Program-made: the position numbers and the translations under genes
Source of the DNA: Amoebidium appalachense
Lineage: Eukaryota; Protista; Ichthyosporea
Length of the DNA stretch: 64,000 nt
Direction: 5' to 3'
NCBI GenBank assembly: GCA_963693365.1
Contig: CAVNZM010000007.1
Span: forward strand, 667,979 to 731,978
Shown here: piece by piece, positions 1-9,965 of the stretch
Layout of the letters: the number at the start of each line of letters is the position of its first letter
How positions within the stretch are numbered: position 1 is the first letter of the stretch
The notes under the pieces: generated by a model
Seen by the model: the letters and a program-made list of their open reading frames with translations, nothing else
The model's database searches: none
Told to the model about the DNA's origin: nothing

Positions 1-537
1 GAGGAGGGTGACCGACGATGGGCCTGTTTTGAATCTTCGTCGGAGAGGAAGGGGCAGTTTGCATACTTTGCGGAATTTAAGGAACGACACTCCAATCCAT
101 CTGTTCTCCAGGCGATTTTGGACGAGCTGATGGCTGAAGTGAATGTCCCCCAGCGTATGCCAACCCCTCCAACAACCGAACTTCGTTCACGGTTGACAGA
201 TCTTGGACGGCCAGACGAACTGCAGTTTCTACGCGACCTTGTGACGGGGGACAACGGATGTGAGGAATGGCCCAGACCTGTTGATGGCCAACGGTTCACC
301 AGCACCGACCTGTTTAACTACTTTCGTCTGTGGCACGAGCGGAACGCAACCGGGCGCAGTCAGAGACCAAGCCAAAAGCTGTTTGGTAGTGCGCTTCGAG
401 CTATTTTGGGACAATCAGTGGCTACCAAGGTCAATGGAGCATCTCGGTACTGTTATGTTTTGTCGTTTGAGAGGGTTGGTCTGTCGAAAGATGTTTGTCA
501 GGCCATGGAGCAGGACCGTCTTGGTTCGCTGGAATAG
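1..537 (+). CDS. C-terminal part of an SF3 primase-helicase (D5/DUF5906-like), 5'-truncated by the window edge
   Basis: Frame 1 is open from base 1: EEGDRRWACFESSSERKGQFAYFAEF resembles the SF3 arginine-finger DRR motif followed by the YF helix. Then FTSTDLFNYFRLWHERN...SQKLFGSAL...RYCY, typical of the C-terminal winged helix of viral primase-helicases. Confidence 0.75.
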   Translation, partial: EEGDRRWACFESSSERKGQFAYFAEFKERHSNPSVLQAILDELMAEVNVPQRMPTPPTTELRSRLTDLGRPDELQFLRDLVTGDNGCEEWPRPVDGQRFTSTDLFNYFRLWHERNATGRSQRPSQKLFGSALRAILGQSVATKVNGASRYCYVLSFERVGLSKDVCQAMEQDRLGSLE

Positions 538-628
538 CTGCGGGATCTTACGACAAGTAGCTACCCAGACACATTCCAAAGTGGTGTTTTATTATAGATT
601 TTGAGTTGGGTTGATGATTTTACTTAGT

Positions 629-729
629 GGTAGTCGGGTCGTTGGGTGGTAACTTACTTTTAGAAAAAAATAAAAAGGTGAAAAATATTCCCAGTGCAAA
701 AGCTAGCTACTACCGACGACCCGACTACC
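629..729. promoter_or_regulatory. Origin-like inverted repeat downstream of the helicase
   Basis: Perfect 14-bp inverted repeat GGTAGTCGGGTCGT (629-642) / ACGACCCGACTACC (716-729) around an A-rich spacer. Confidence 0.55.
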
Positions 730-756
730 GGGTTTCAGCAACCTCTTATTTTTTTG

Positions 757-1344
757 ATGCCATACATGAATATGCAAGACCATATATGTGCGATATGTAA
801 TAAGAAATTTTCAACAAAACAGAACCTCCAACGGCACGCCACATGTCATACCGGTGAAAAACCATTTTCCTGTACATGGCCTGGTTGTGCAGTACGGTGC
901 ACACAGCAGGTTGGCCTGGACGCACACCTTACAACTCACACTGGAGTAAAAAAATTTGAATGCAGCTACAGCGGATGCACATACAGGGCCCCGACATCTG
1001 GACGACTTCTGCGACACAAAAGAAGACACACAGGTGAACGCCCTTACGCTTGCGAACACGAGGAATGTGGCAGGCGCTTTTCACATAGGGGGGCACTTCT
1101 TATGCACTTACGAACGCACTATCCAATACAACAGCTAATGTGCAAGGCTATTGGATGTGAAGCAACCTTCAAAACTGCCAATGCGCTCAAACTACATAAC
1201 CGGATTCATACAGGTGAGCGTTTGTACACATGCGATGAGGAAGGGTGCTCAAAGGCCTTCTCATGGCGTAGTGGGCTGTGGCGACATCGAAAGGAGGTGC
1301 ATAAACACAAACAACAAGATCAACCGGGCAACCAACTCGTGTGA
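757..1344 (+). CDS. Intronless C2H2 zinc-finger protein with 6 tandem fingers
   Basis: Six C-x2/4-C-x12-H-x3/4-H fingers with TGEKP/TGERP-type linkers. First ATG at 757; AATAAA at 1367-1372. Confidence 0.9.
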   Translation: MPYMNMQDHICAICNKKFSTKQNLQRHATCHTGEKPFSCTWPGCAVRCTQQVGLDAHLTTHTGVKKFECSYSGCTYRAPTSGRLLRHKRRHTGERPYACEHEECGRRFSHRGALLMHLRTHYPIQQLMCKAIGCEATFKTANALKLHNRIHTGERLYTCDEEGCSKAFSWRSGLWRHRKEVHKHKQQDQPGNQLV

Positions 1345-1407
1345 AGTCCGCCTGGTGCGGCCCAGGAATAAAAATTACAAACTTAACCCCCCCCCCCCCC
1401 CCCCCCC

Positions 1408-1725
1408 CTACCACCTGTACGCCAGCACGCCAGCAAGCAGCACGAGCAGCACCATGCATGCAAGCGCTATGCCCCTCCACATCGAAGCGCTCTTGAGCTG
1501 TGCATCATGGTCGTCCAATGAAGTGCCCATGTAGAGCATGAAGCGCGTGTTGTTGTCGATGGTCAGGTGGTACTCGTGCGGGTCGGCGGCAATGTCATCC
1601 CTGCGCAACCACGAGTTACTCGGGTTGTCAAATCTCAGGTTTGCAATGTTCGGAGAAGTCATACCTTCCGAAGAGATAGTTTGGAGCGCCCCCTCCCCAG
1701 CAACTCGGGGAGCACACACAGACAT
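1408..1725 (-). CDS. Small tail-anchored membrane protein, hypothetical
   Basis: 105-aa ATG ORF ending in a hydrophobic helix GIALACMVLLVLLAGVLAYRW. Confidence 0.55.
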   Translation of the reverse strand: MSVCAPRVAGEGALQTISSEGMTSPNIANLRFDNPSNSWLRRDDIAADPHEYHLTIDNNTRFMLYMGTSLDDHDAQLKSASMWRGIALACMVLLVLLAGVLAYRW

Positions 1726-2064
1726 TATGCATCGCAGTGCTAATGGAACCTAAAAACCGCTGGGACGTAGGGCGCGCCAAGACGGAGGACGCACTGCTAC
1801 AATGATCTTTGGCAACCTTGTTTTTCTTTGTCATATATATGGTCAATTTGATAGCTGTTCGATCTTGTGTCCAGAGCGGTGGTTGTAAAAGGCAACAACA
1901 ACAACCCACTGCAAGTGTCACAAAGGGCACGCTGTGGGTGCATTAACACAAACAACAAGCCCCCCCCCCCCCCCTGAGTGCCAGCACGCCAGCACGAGCA
2001 GCACCATGCATGCAAGCGCTACGGTCCACAACACAGGTGTGGAAGAGGAAGTGGCAATTTTTAT

Positions 2065-2541
2065 TTACTCCTCGTGTCCAGCACGGCTGCGCTTCTCGGT
2101 GGGCGCCGAAGTGTCCTCGGGCGACCGCGCGCGCTTCTTCTCGGTGGGCGCCGAAGTGTCCTCGGGCGACCGCGCGCGCTTCTTCTCGGGGGGCTTCTTG
2201 TGGAGGCGCTCCTCCTCGGAGCTCAAGATGCGAATGGGGCGCTCCTCGGTGGGGGACTCCTCGGCGGAGGTCTCGGGGTCGCTGAGGTTCTTCAGGCTCC
2301 TCCATGTCATACGGTACAGGCTCACGCTGGTCTTGAGGCGCTTGTACTTCTTGTGCAGCAACTTGTACTTGAGCTGCATCTCCCGCTCGCTGGCGCGCGC
2401 ACGGTAGCGGTCACGCTTTGCCTCCTCGTACAGGTACTGCTGCCATTCGGGAGGCCACGTGGCAAATGACCCTGGGGGCCGTGGACTGGCAGGCTGCCCG
2501 GCTGGGTCAGGGCCGGCCTTTGCAGATGGTGTGCCGGACAT
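2065..2541 (-). CDS. Hypothetical nuclear coiled-coil protein with duplicated NLS-like repeat
   Basis: 158 aa; basic coiled coil REMQLKYKLLHKKYKRLK; 45-bp duplication encoding EKKRARSPEDTSAPT. AATAAA overlaps the stop; TATA-like GGCATAAAAT lies upstream (2599-2608, minus strand). Confidence 0.65.
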   Translation of the reverse strand: MSGTPSAKAGPDPAGQPASPRPPGSFATWPPEWQQYLYEEAKRDRYRARASEREMQLKYKLLHKKYKRLKTSVSLYRMTWRSLKNLSDPETSAEESPTEERPIRILSSEEERLHKKPPEKKRARSPEDTSAPTEKKRARSPEDTSAPTEKRSRAGHEE

Positions 2542-2574
2542 TGTTGGTGAAGAGAAACAGGAAGAGTGAAAAGT

Positions 2575-2840
2575 GTCAGCAATCTGCTGAGTCGCGGCAT
2601 TTTATGCCTGCCAGGCAGGGCAAGGCTGACAGCTGTCGCGTTTTGATTGGATGGACATGATTTATCTGATGGAATCAAAATTTACTTACCATGAGATGTA
2701 ACCACATGATCCAATCGGAATTTATATTTACGATCCAATCGTGTGAGGCGTAATCTAGCGAGATCTCCAATCAAATGGCGCTACGGTCATGCCATACCAG
2801 TGCTTTTCAGATGGCTGATCGGACTGACTACAAAAGGCGT
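2575..2840. promoter_or_regulatory. Divergent promoter with clustered CCAAT boxes
   Basis: CCAAT at 2579, 2711, 2735, 2767 and ATTGG at 2646, between divergent ORFs; TATA-like elements on both sides. Confidence 0.55.
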
Positions 2841-2925
2841 CACTTTTTCGCTTTCTCTCTCACACACTCTCTCAGCGGATCGTTTCACTAGACAAATCAC
2901 CACACGCTGGCATTCACGCACAAGC

Positions 2926-4336
2926 ATGGACCAAACACCTGAAGAGGCCGTGGCTTTGCCTTTCATCGTCCAGCCCCCCGGCTCGGACACGGACACGGTC
3001 GTCGTCTATGCCATGGACGACAAGTATCGGCTCCACCGGGACCCTGCCAGCGCTCGGCTGCTGGAAGTTGCGAGAGACGGCGACCTCCGCATCTTCGAAA
3101 CACGGGAGAGCTTTGCTGCGTTCCGTTCAGTCCTTGAAAACGACATGAAAACTTTGCTGCTGCATTTGCAGAGACAACCCCGCGGGCCTGGGCGGGTGCC
3201 GCCCCCTCTGGGACACTTGTCTGCACTCCAGCGCGTTCCCAATGTACGCCGCCTTCCAGCGCTACGTGCTGGGGAAGCCGGACCATGAGGCTCTCCACGA
3301 GGGCACGCTCGGTCAAGGGGTTCAGGACTTCTTCATGCTCGTGGGGACGGCGCTATGCGAGCGGTCCGGTCTCAAGGCCCGACCCGCTGCCCACTTCAGT
3401 CAAGAGCCGGCCACTTCCGCCTTGGGTGCGTATACGTTATGCAAGGACATTGTCGACGTGGTGTACAATGATTGGGCTAACCGGGCCGTCGAGCACTTTG
3501 TGAACGAGTTGCCTTCCGTGTCATGTCTCCAGTGCCGCTCGCCCGTCGACACAAAGAAGTGCACCCGCTGCAGAAACGCCTACTTCTGCAATGACATCTG
3601 TATGAAACAAAAGTGGCCCGAGCACAAGAAGGACTGCAAGGAGCAACCCACCCACCAAGACCCAACGGTGTCGAAAAACGAGGTCGTGGTCTACACCATG
3701 GACAGCCACTTGCGTTTCCACTCAGACCCGGTCTGCAACCTGATGCTAAAAGTTCTGGAGTGCGGCGACCTGCGTGTGTTTCGCAACAAGGAGCGCTACA
3801 TGGAATGCGAGGCTACCCTGGCGGGCGAGATGCGTGCTATAGAGGAGCGGAGATGGGTGAACGACCCAACGGTGACTGCGGCCGAACGCGACATGGCTAC
3901 CTACTTCGCGTGTTTTAGGCACTACTGTGTCTTCCACCGCTACGTGCTGGAGGAGCGGGACTACAATGCCCTCTATGCCGGAAACATCAGCACGGGCGCC
4001 GGTATTGTCTTCAGAATGATGCTTCATGTACTGTGCGCGTCTTCCGGCCTCGCGCACACCACGCCCGAGGCTGTTCTGCAGATTGCGGAGTTTGCGGTGA
4101 GCACTCTTCCCGTGTCCACGGAGTACGACATGGACAACATGTGTATGTTTGAATGGTGCGACCGGGCCGTCAAGCACTTCATCGACAAGCTGCCCTCTGT
4201 CGTCTGTGCCACCTGCGGCTCGACCGGGCGCACCAAGAAGTGCTCGGCCTGTAAGCACGTCTACTACTGCAGCAGGGACTGCCAGACCCGCGATTGGGAT
4301 GAGCACAAGAAGGACTGCCAGAAGCAGGGCCCGTAG
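2926..4336 (+). pseudogene. Tandem (unknown domain + MYND zinc finger) x2 protein, split by one frameshift at ~3150-3242
   Basis: Two MYND fingers (CLQC...KKCTRCRNAYFCNDICMKQKWPEHKKDC; CATC...KKCSACKHVYYCSRDCQTRDWDEHKKDC). The frame-1 N-terminus VVVYAMDDKYRLHRDP...GDLRIF matches the frame-2 internal repeat VVVYTMDSHLRFHSDP...GDLRVF, so ORFs 2926- and 3242- are one gene. Confidence 0.8.
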
Positions 4337-4364
4337 GGGATGGCCGTGGTGATGCTGTGTCTGT

Positions 4365-4548
4365 GTATATTTGTCATTGATGTAATTTCTCGGGTACTTG
4401 TTTCGTGTGCAAGTGATAGAATTCATTCGGGGTTGTAGAATCGTATATTTGTCATTGATGTGATTTCTCGGGTACTTGTTTCGTGTGCAAGTGATAGAAT
4501 TCATTCGGGGTTGTAGAATCGTATATTTGTCATTGATGTAATCTCGGG
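4365..4548. repeat. 78-bp tandem repeat, ~2.3 copies
   Basis: GTATATTTGTCATTGATG recurs at 4365, 4443 and 4521. Confidence 0.9.
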
Positions 4549-5191
4549 TTGTCAAACTTTAGGGGTAAATTCGGGTGGGTGGTTATGTGCATAATGGTAT
4601 GTGATTTTTCCAACATCGATGTCGACAGAATAAATCTCAGTGCGTTTTTCGCTTTACTCGCACAATTTGTCGAAGGGCCAGCCTCCGGTATTTTGGCATG
4701 AACTCGTTGGCAAACACGTACTTCCTTGCACGTCTGTGACCCCTCTTTTTGGACTGACCTCCTTGTTTTGGCATGACCTCTACCCCAAAATTTTGGGCGC
4801 TTGCCCTGCACAACCCCTGTGAAACCATTTCCTCCTCTTACACCCAGCCGCACACTGGTTGCTGGTCCACGCGCCCTCCTCGAGCTCGAGGGACACCTTG
4901 CGCCACCCGGATTCTGCGCGCTTGATCTCGCACGCCACCACAATGTCTCCCGGTCGCACACCTGCGGTCCACATGCTTGTGCAACAGCGCACGCTCAGCA
5001 CCTCACACTCCGATTCGGGCCCACGTACACACACGCCGAAACACGCAAGCGCGCACTCGTGGTCATGCAGCGCCTCGAGAACTGGCACCTTGCGAATGAG
5101 TGTGCGCCGACGCAGGCGGGGACTCTGGAGGGTATAAAAGCGTGTGTCTGACACGGGGAGCTGCCAGTCTGAATCTGCACCAGAACCGACC

Positions 5192-5710
5192 ATGGCTTTT
5201 GAGCAGGACCTGAAGCTATTTGTCAATCGGCTGTCGCTGCTTGTATCCAACATGACGTTCGACTCGAACGGCGCCGGGAGGGTGGCAAGCCGGCCGCTAC
5301 AGCTCCACGCAAGACTCGGCAAGGGCGACACGATGCTGTCGGACACGATGCTGCCGCTGCAGTCGGTGGAAACGTCGAACAGGACTGGACTCAACCACCT
5401 GGTGTTTTCGACGTGTCCACTGGAGGGGGCCGGGGATGCGGTGACCATCGACCTGGATTGGGGCAAGTCGTTTCGGCTGACCTGGGAGCGCTGGGACACC
5501 ACGCTGTCGCTGCTGCCACCGAGGGATCCGACGGAGGAGGAGGGCATGAGCGAGGGACGAGCTGTCCCCATGGAGGCAAAGAGAAAACGAACAACCCTTC
5601 TGCGAATCGACTTTTTGAAGGACTTCCTTTGGCATGACATGGGGTGCGACATTCTGTCGCTGCAGTTATATGAATCAGTACAGAAAAATAGGCGGCAGTG
5701 TAGAGAATAA
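5192..5710 (+). CDS. Hypothetical globular protein (ORFan)
   Basis: 172-aa ORF with good start context ACCATGG, GC-rich third positions, and TATA box GGTATAAAAGC at 5131-5141. Confidence 0.65.
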   Translation: MAFEQDLKLFVNRLSLLVSNMTFDSNGAGRVASRPLQLHARLGKGDTMLSDTMLPLQSVETSNRTGLNHLVFSTCPLEGAGDAVTIDLDWGKSFRLTWERWDTTLSLLPPRDPTEEEGMSEGRAVPMEAKRKRTTLLRIDFLKDFLWHDMGCDILSLQLYESVQKNRRQCRE

Positions 5711-5968
5711 TGCAGGTATCACGCAGTGCGTGTGTGTGTGCGACTGCCGGTGAAGGTGCAACTGTGCCCTGGATGGCGCAGCATGTGAATATAAGGAGGC
5801 CCACAGCCAGGGAGTCATCGGAGCACATGTCTGGTGTGCGTTGGGATTATGGTCGATAATATTGTTACAAATATGTGGGTTTGGAGTGTCCATTAGGGAG
5901 CCAGCCCTACACTCAGGATATATATATATATAAGTATAAGCAGATACACGTCACCTGAAACTTGTTGC

Positions 5969-6239
5969 ACTGAGTAACAATAATTATCTTACTCAAGGTA
6001 CTGATTCTGAGTAACACAGACAAGTGTCCCACACTAGATGTTACTCGACCAAATATGGTAAAGGTTTCCTTTTTAGGTATAAAAATATGCAATTGTCATA
6101 TAGTGAGTAGGATGAGTAGGATGAGTACGTACTCATCTACTGTGGGCTACGGGTATACCTAAATCTCAATCCAAAAGGAAATTGGAACACCCGGGGGGAG
6201 ACCAGATGAGTAGGTACTCAAGCTACTCATCCTACTCAC
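5969..6239. promoter_or_regulatory. TGAGTA iteron cluster with a 17-bp inverted repeat (origin-like)
   Basis: GTGAGTAGGATGAGTAG (6103-6119) / CTACTCATCCTACTCAC (6223-6239); further TGAGTA/TACTCA copies from ~5970. Confidence 0.6.
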
Positions 6240-6248
6240 CCCATCACT

Positions 6249-6545
6249 GCCTATAGGCATGCTCCGTGTGCAGGGCACTGATTTCTACCCTCTTCTGGTT
6301 GGTGCCAAGAGGCAGTGCCCTACACGTGTGGTGTCTAAACAGCCTATAGGCATGCTCCGTGTGCAGGGCACTGATTTCTACCCTCTTCTGGTTGGTGCCA
6401 AGAGGCAGTGCCCTACACGTGTGGTGTCTAAACAGCCTATAGGCATGCTCCGTGTGCAGGGCACTAATTTGTTGTGCCTTCCTTTTTTGGTTAGATCTAT
6501 ACCCGGCCAATGGTTAGCAGCCACGGGTTTGTTTTCATCAAGCTT
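6249..6545 (+). repeat. Left inverted-repeat arm: ~2.3 x 93-bp tandem unit plus ~80-bp inner unique segment
   Basis: Units start at 6249, 6342 and 6435; reverse complement of 11810 onward. Confidence 0.95.
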
Positions 6546-6631
6546 GGACGTTAATACATACTAAGTAACAGAATGAAATCACTCGCAAGTGTTATCCCTC
6601 ATGATTGTATCAATCCGTTTCATCCGGAGTC

Positions 6632-6967
6632 TTAGCGGAAGTGGCCCAGCCGTATGAGACAGGCCCGTAGAAAGTCCTTTTGCTTCTTCAGCTTGTCGTT
6701 TTCCAGCTGCAGCTCTTGGTTCTCCACCACCAAATTCTTGTTCTCTTCGCACACCTTGTTGCGCTCCTCTTGCAGGCCCTTGATCACCTCCCGCTGGTTC
6801 TTGTTCATTGTGCGCAGCGCGTCGTTGTCCTTGTCCATGTCGTTGTTCAACTCCCTCAGCTGCTGGATCAGCCCGTGCAGCCCCTCGTTGGCCTCCTTCA
6901 GCATCTTGTTGGTCTCTTGCAGCTGCTCGGTGTGTGCATCTTGGCGCTGTGTATCTGTTTCATCCAT
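6632..6967 (-). CDS. Small coiled-coil (leucine-zipper-like) protein
   Basis: 111 aa of heptad repeats (LQETNKMLKEANEGL...LQLENDKLKKQKDFL). Confidence 0.7.
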   Translation of the reverse strand: MDETDTQRQDAHTEQLQETNKMLKEANEGLHGLIQQLRELNNDMDKDNDALRTMNKNQREVIKGLQEERNKVCEENKNLVVENQELQLENDKLKKQKDFLRACLIRLGHFR

Positions 6968-7009
6968 TGTGTCGTTTGCAGCCGGTTGGGCAGGAGGTGT
7001 TTAGTTTTT

Positions 7010-7230
7010 ATCCACGAAGCAAAGCAGTGTGAACAAAAAAAACGTCCCTCTTATTTTTACGAAGCAAAAGTGTGACCCAAAAAAAAACGTTCCTCTTACA
7101 CAATGCAAAATAAAGCAAAATCCTATGATGCGCAAACACACCGTGAACTAAAAAAACTCGCCACTGATTATTTACAAAGTAAAGCAGTGTGAACAAAAAA
7201 AAAAGCGCTCCTTACACAGTGCAAAATAAA
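7010..7230. repeat. Degenerate A-rich direct repeats upstream of the coiled-coil ORF
   Basis: AAAGCAGTGTGAACAAAAAAAA at ~7021 and ~7181, with related copies between them. Confidence 0.6.
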
Positions 7231-7584
7231 ACACACACACACACACACCAAGCCATTTGTATCCAGCTCGGACCCCTTTTTGTGCGCACACTTCTGGTTG
7301 GTGTATAAGTATTGGATCCACGTGAGCGCGAGTTTCCTAAGTGCTGCTCAAAAAGTGACATGTTGTTCCCAGCAGGCAGTGCACCGATTCGCTATCAGTT
7401 GACATCGTGTTCAAGCAGTCAGCACCATGTGATTGTGTACTTTTCCTGACCAATTTTTGTATCCCTGATAGACAGAATAATGCTCGTAATTGTTGGGAAG
7501 CATATTCGTGTTTTTTTAGGAGTTGCTACATCAAAATACATTGTGTTCAAACACTGACGGCCAAGTTGCAAAGATCGGATTACA

Positions 7585-7833
7585 ATCCAATCTGTCAAAT
7601 GACAATTCTCAAGTCAAAACATGCTCTTGTTGATCCAATCAGAATTCATCAATCAGTCAGCAGATTTGGTTGAGCCCCAACTTATCGGATACACCAAGAT
7701 GCCCAAATGACAATTAGCCAATCAGATATTCACGCGATCTCTAGATCCAATCAAGCGTCGCGGCTGGGGTATATCCAACCAATCTAATGCAATAAAGCAT
7801 CTGATGCCAAAGCCGGGCACGGCATATAAAAGC
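7585..7833 (+). promoter_or_regulatory. Pol II-type promoter: five CCAAT boxes plus TATA
   Basis: CCAAT at 7587, 7635, 7718, 7747, 7779; GGCATATAAAAGC at 7821-7833. Confidence 0.7.
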
Positions 7834-7916
7834 CCATACTCTCTTCAATCCACACACCTTTTCCATGTTAGCTAGCTTCTCCCTTGGCACACAACGTACA
7901 TCCAACTGTCACGAAA

Positions 7917-8663
7917 ATGAGTTCTAACATCAAAGATCTAGAAAGGCGCGCTAAAAAAATAGAGACAAGACTCAAGACTTTGGAGGAGGATGCAAAGGTC
8001 CTGCGGGACACCCAGACCCGTTTCGCGTGCGCCCTTGCTAGGCACGCCCGCATGGCTTTAAGCAAGCGCACCACTACAGCAGCAACCGTGGCACCCCCAG
8101 CGCTGACCGTGGCACCCCCAGCGCTGACCGTGGCACCCCCAGCGCTGACCGTGGCACCCCCTGTCCTGGCAGCGGCACCTGCACTTCGTGCTGGCGAGCA
8201 TGGCAGCTCCTATCCCGTGGACTTGGCCCCCCTGCCCCTGCAGCGCTCACGTTTGCACATCACACAGGGGTCCAAGACACGGGAGAAACCACGAAGACAG
8301 CAGAAGAGGACACGAGAGGAAGTCAGAAGCTCTGGGTCGGAGGAGGAGCACCATTCTCCAGTGCCTCCTTGGTTCAACTGGAAGACCTTCACACAGGGGT
8401 CCAAGACACGGGAGAAACCACGAAGACAGCAGAAGAGGACACGAGAGGAAGTCAAAAGCTCTGGGTCGGAGGTACAGGAGGAAGTGCCTCCTTGGTTCAA
8501 GACCTTGCTATGGGGACCTGAGGAGTACTCGTCTTCTGAGGAGCACTCGTCTTCCGAGTCCAAGACCTTGACACGGGGACAGCAGAAAAGGGCACGAGCC
8601 AGTGAAGCCAGCAGCTCTGGGGCGTCTTCCGAGTCTTCAGACGGAGATATCAACTGGCCTTGA
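7917..8663 (+). CDS. Hypothetical protein: N-terminal coiled coil, TVAPPAL repeats, duplicated basic/Ser-Glu module
   Basis: 248 aa from ATG 7917; 21-bp repeats; TQGSKTREKPRRQQKRTREEV...VPPWF module duplicated. Confidence 0.7.
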   Translation: MSSNIKDLERRAKKIETRLKTLEEDAKVLRDTQTRFACALARHARMALSKRTTTAATVAPPALTVAPPALTVAPPALTVAPPVLAAAPALRAGEHGSSYPVDLAPLPLQRSRLHITQGSKTREKPRRQQKRTREEVRSSGSEEEHHSPVPPWFNWKTFTQGSKTREKPRRQQKRTREEVKSSGSEVQEEVPPWFKTLLWGPEEYSSSEEHSSSESKTLTRGQQKRARASEASSSGASSESSDGDINWP

Positions 8664-8726
8664 CACGGTGAAAAAAGGGGCCGCTATTAGAGAGTAGCCT
8701 CAGGCTATTCTAGTGCTTGTGTGCAG

Positions 8727-9965
8727 GTGTACTTAACATTGAGTGTACTTAGGGTGGGGCTGTGCAGACGTGTACTTAAAGGGTGGGGCTGTGCAGACGT
8801 GTACTTAGGATGGTGCAGACGTGTACTTAAAGGGTGGGGCTGTGCAGACGTGTACTTAAAGGGTGGGGCTGTGCAGACGTGTACTTAGGATGGTGTAGAG
8901 GTACTTAGGGTGGTGCAGAGTGTACTTAGGGTGGTGCAGAGTGTACTTAGGGTGGGGCTGTGCAGAGTGTACTTAGGGTGGTGCAGACGTGTACTTAGGG
9001 TGGGGCTGTGCAGAGTGTACTTAGGGTGGTGCAGACGTGTACTTAGGGTGGTGCAGAGTGTACTTAGGGTGGGGCTGTGCAGAGTGTACTTAGGGTGGTG
9101 CAGACGTGTACTTAGGGTGGGGCTGTGCAGAGTGTACTTAGGGTGGTGCAGACGTGTACTTAGGGTGGTGCAGACGTGTACTTAGGGTGGTGCAGACGTG
9201 TACTTAGGGTGGTGCAGACGTGTACTTAGGGTGGTGCAGAGGTGTACTTAGGGTGGTGCAGACGTGTACTTAGGGTGGTGCAGAGGTGTACTTAGGGTGG
9301 TGCAGACGTGTACTTAGGGTGGTGCAGAGGTGTACTTAGGGTGGTGCAGACGTGTACTTAGGGTGGTGCAGACGTGTACTTAGGGTGGTGCAGAGGTGTA
9401 CTTAGGGTGGTGCAGACGTGTACTTAGGGTGGTGCAGACGTGTACTTAGGGTGGGGCTGTGCAGAGTGTACTTAGGGTGGTGCAGACGTGTACTTAGGGT
9501 GGTGCAGAGTGTACTTAGGGTGGGGCTGTGCAGAGGTGTACTTAGGGTGGGGCTGTGCAGAGTGTACTTAGGGTGGTGCAGACGTGTACTTAGGGTGGTG
9601 CAGAGGTGTACTTAGGGCTGTGCAGAGGTGTACTTAGGGTGGTGCAGAGTGTACTTAGGGTGGTGCAGAGGTGTACTTAGGGCTGTGCAGAGGTGTACTT
9701 AGGGTGGTGCAGAGGTGTACTTAGGGTGGTGCAGAGGTGTACTTAGGGTGGTGCAGACGTGTACTTAGGGTGGTGCAGAGGTGTACTTAGGGTGGTGCAG
9801 ACGTGTACTTAGGGTGGGGCTGTGCACCACAGTGTACTTAGGGTGGTGCAGACGTGTACTTAGGGTGGGGCTGTGCACCACAGTGTACTTAGGGTGGTGC
9901 AGACGTGTACTTAGGGTGGGGCTGTGCACCACAGTGTACTTAGGGTGGTGCAGAGTGTACTTAGG
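8727..9965 (+). repeat. Telomere-like minisatellite array, roughly 50 units of 21-29 bp, most containing TTAGGG
   Basis: Core units GTGTACTTAGGGTGGTGCAGA(C/G) and GTGTACTTAGGGTGGGGCTGTGCAGA, with strong G/T strand skew. Confidence 0.95.

Noticed and set aside
4780-5090. Minus-strand frame with PHD-like CAAGCKRRKWFHRGC and PDZ-like AGVRPGDIVV snippets
   Set aside because: The motifs are incomplete (no terminal WxCxxC, stop follows) and there is no clear start. It could be a relic but cannot be supported.
8727-9965. CRISPR-like array
   Set aside because: Units are contiguous with no unique spacers and no cas genes; it is a minisatellite. The ORFs called in it (8910, 9418, 9765, 9781) are repeat translations.
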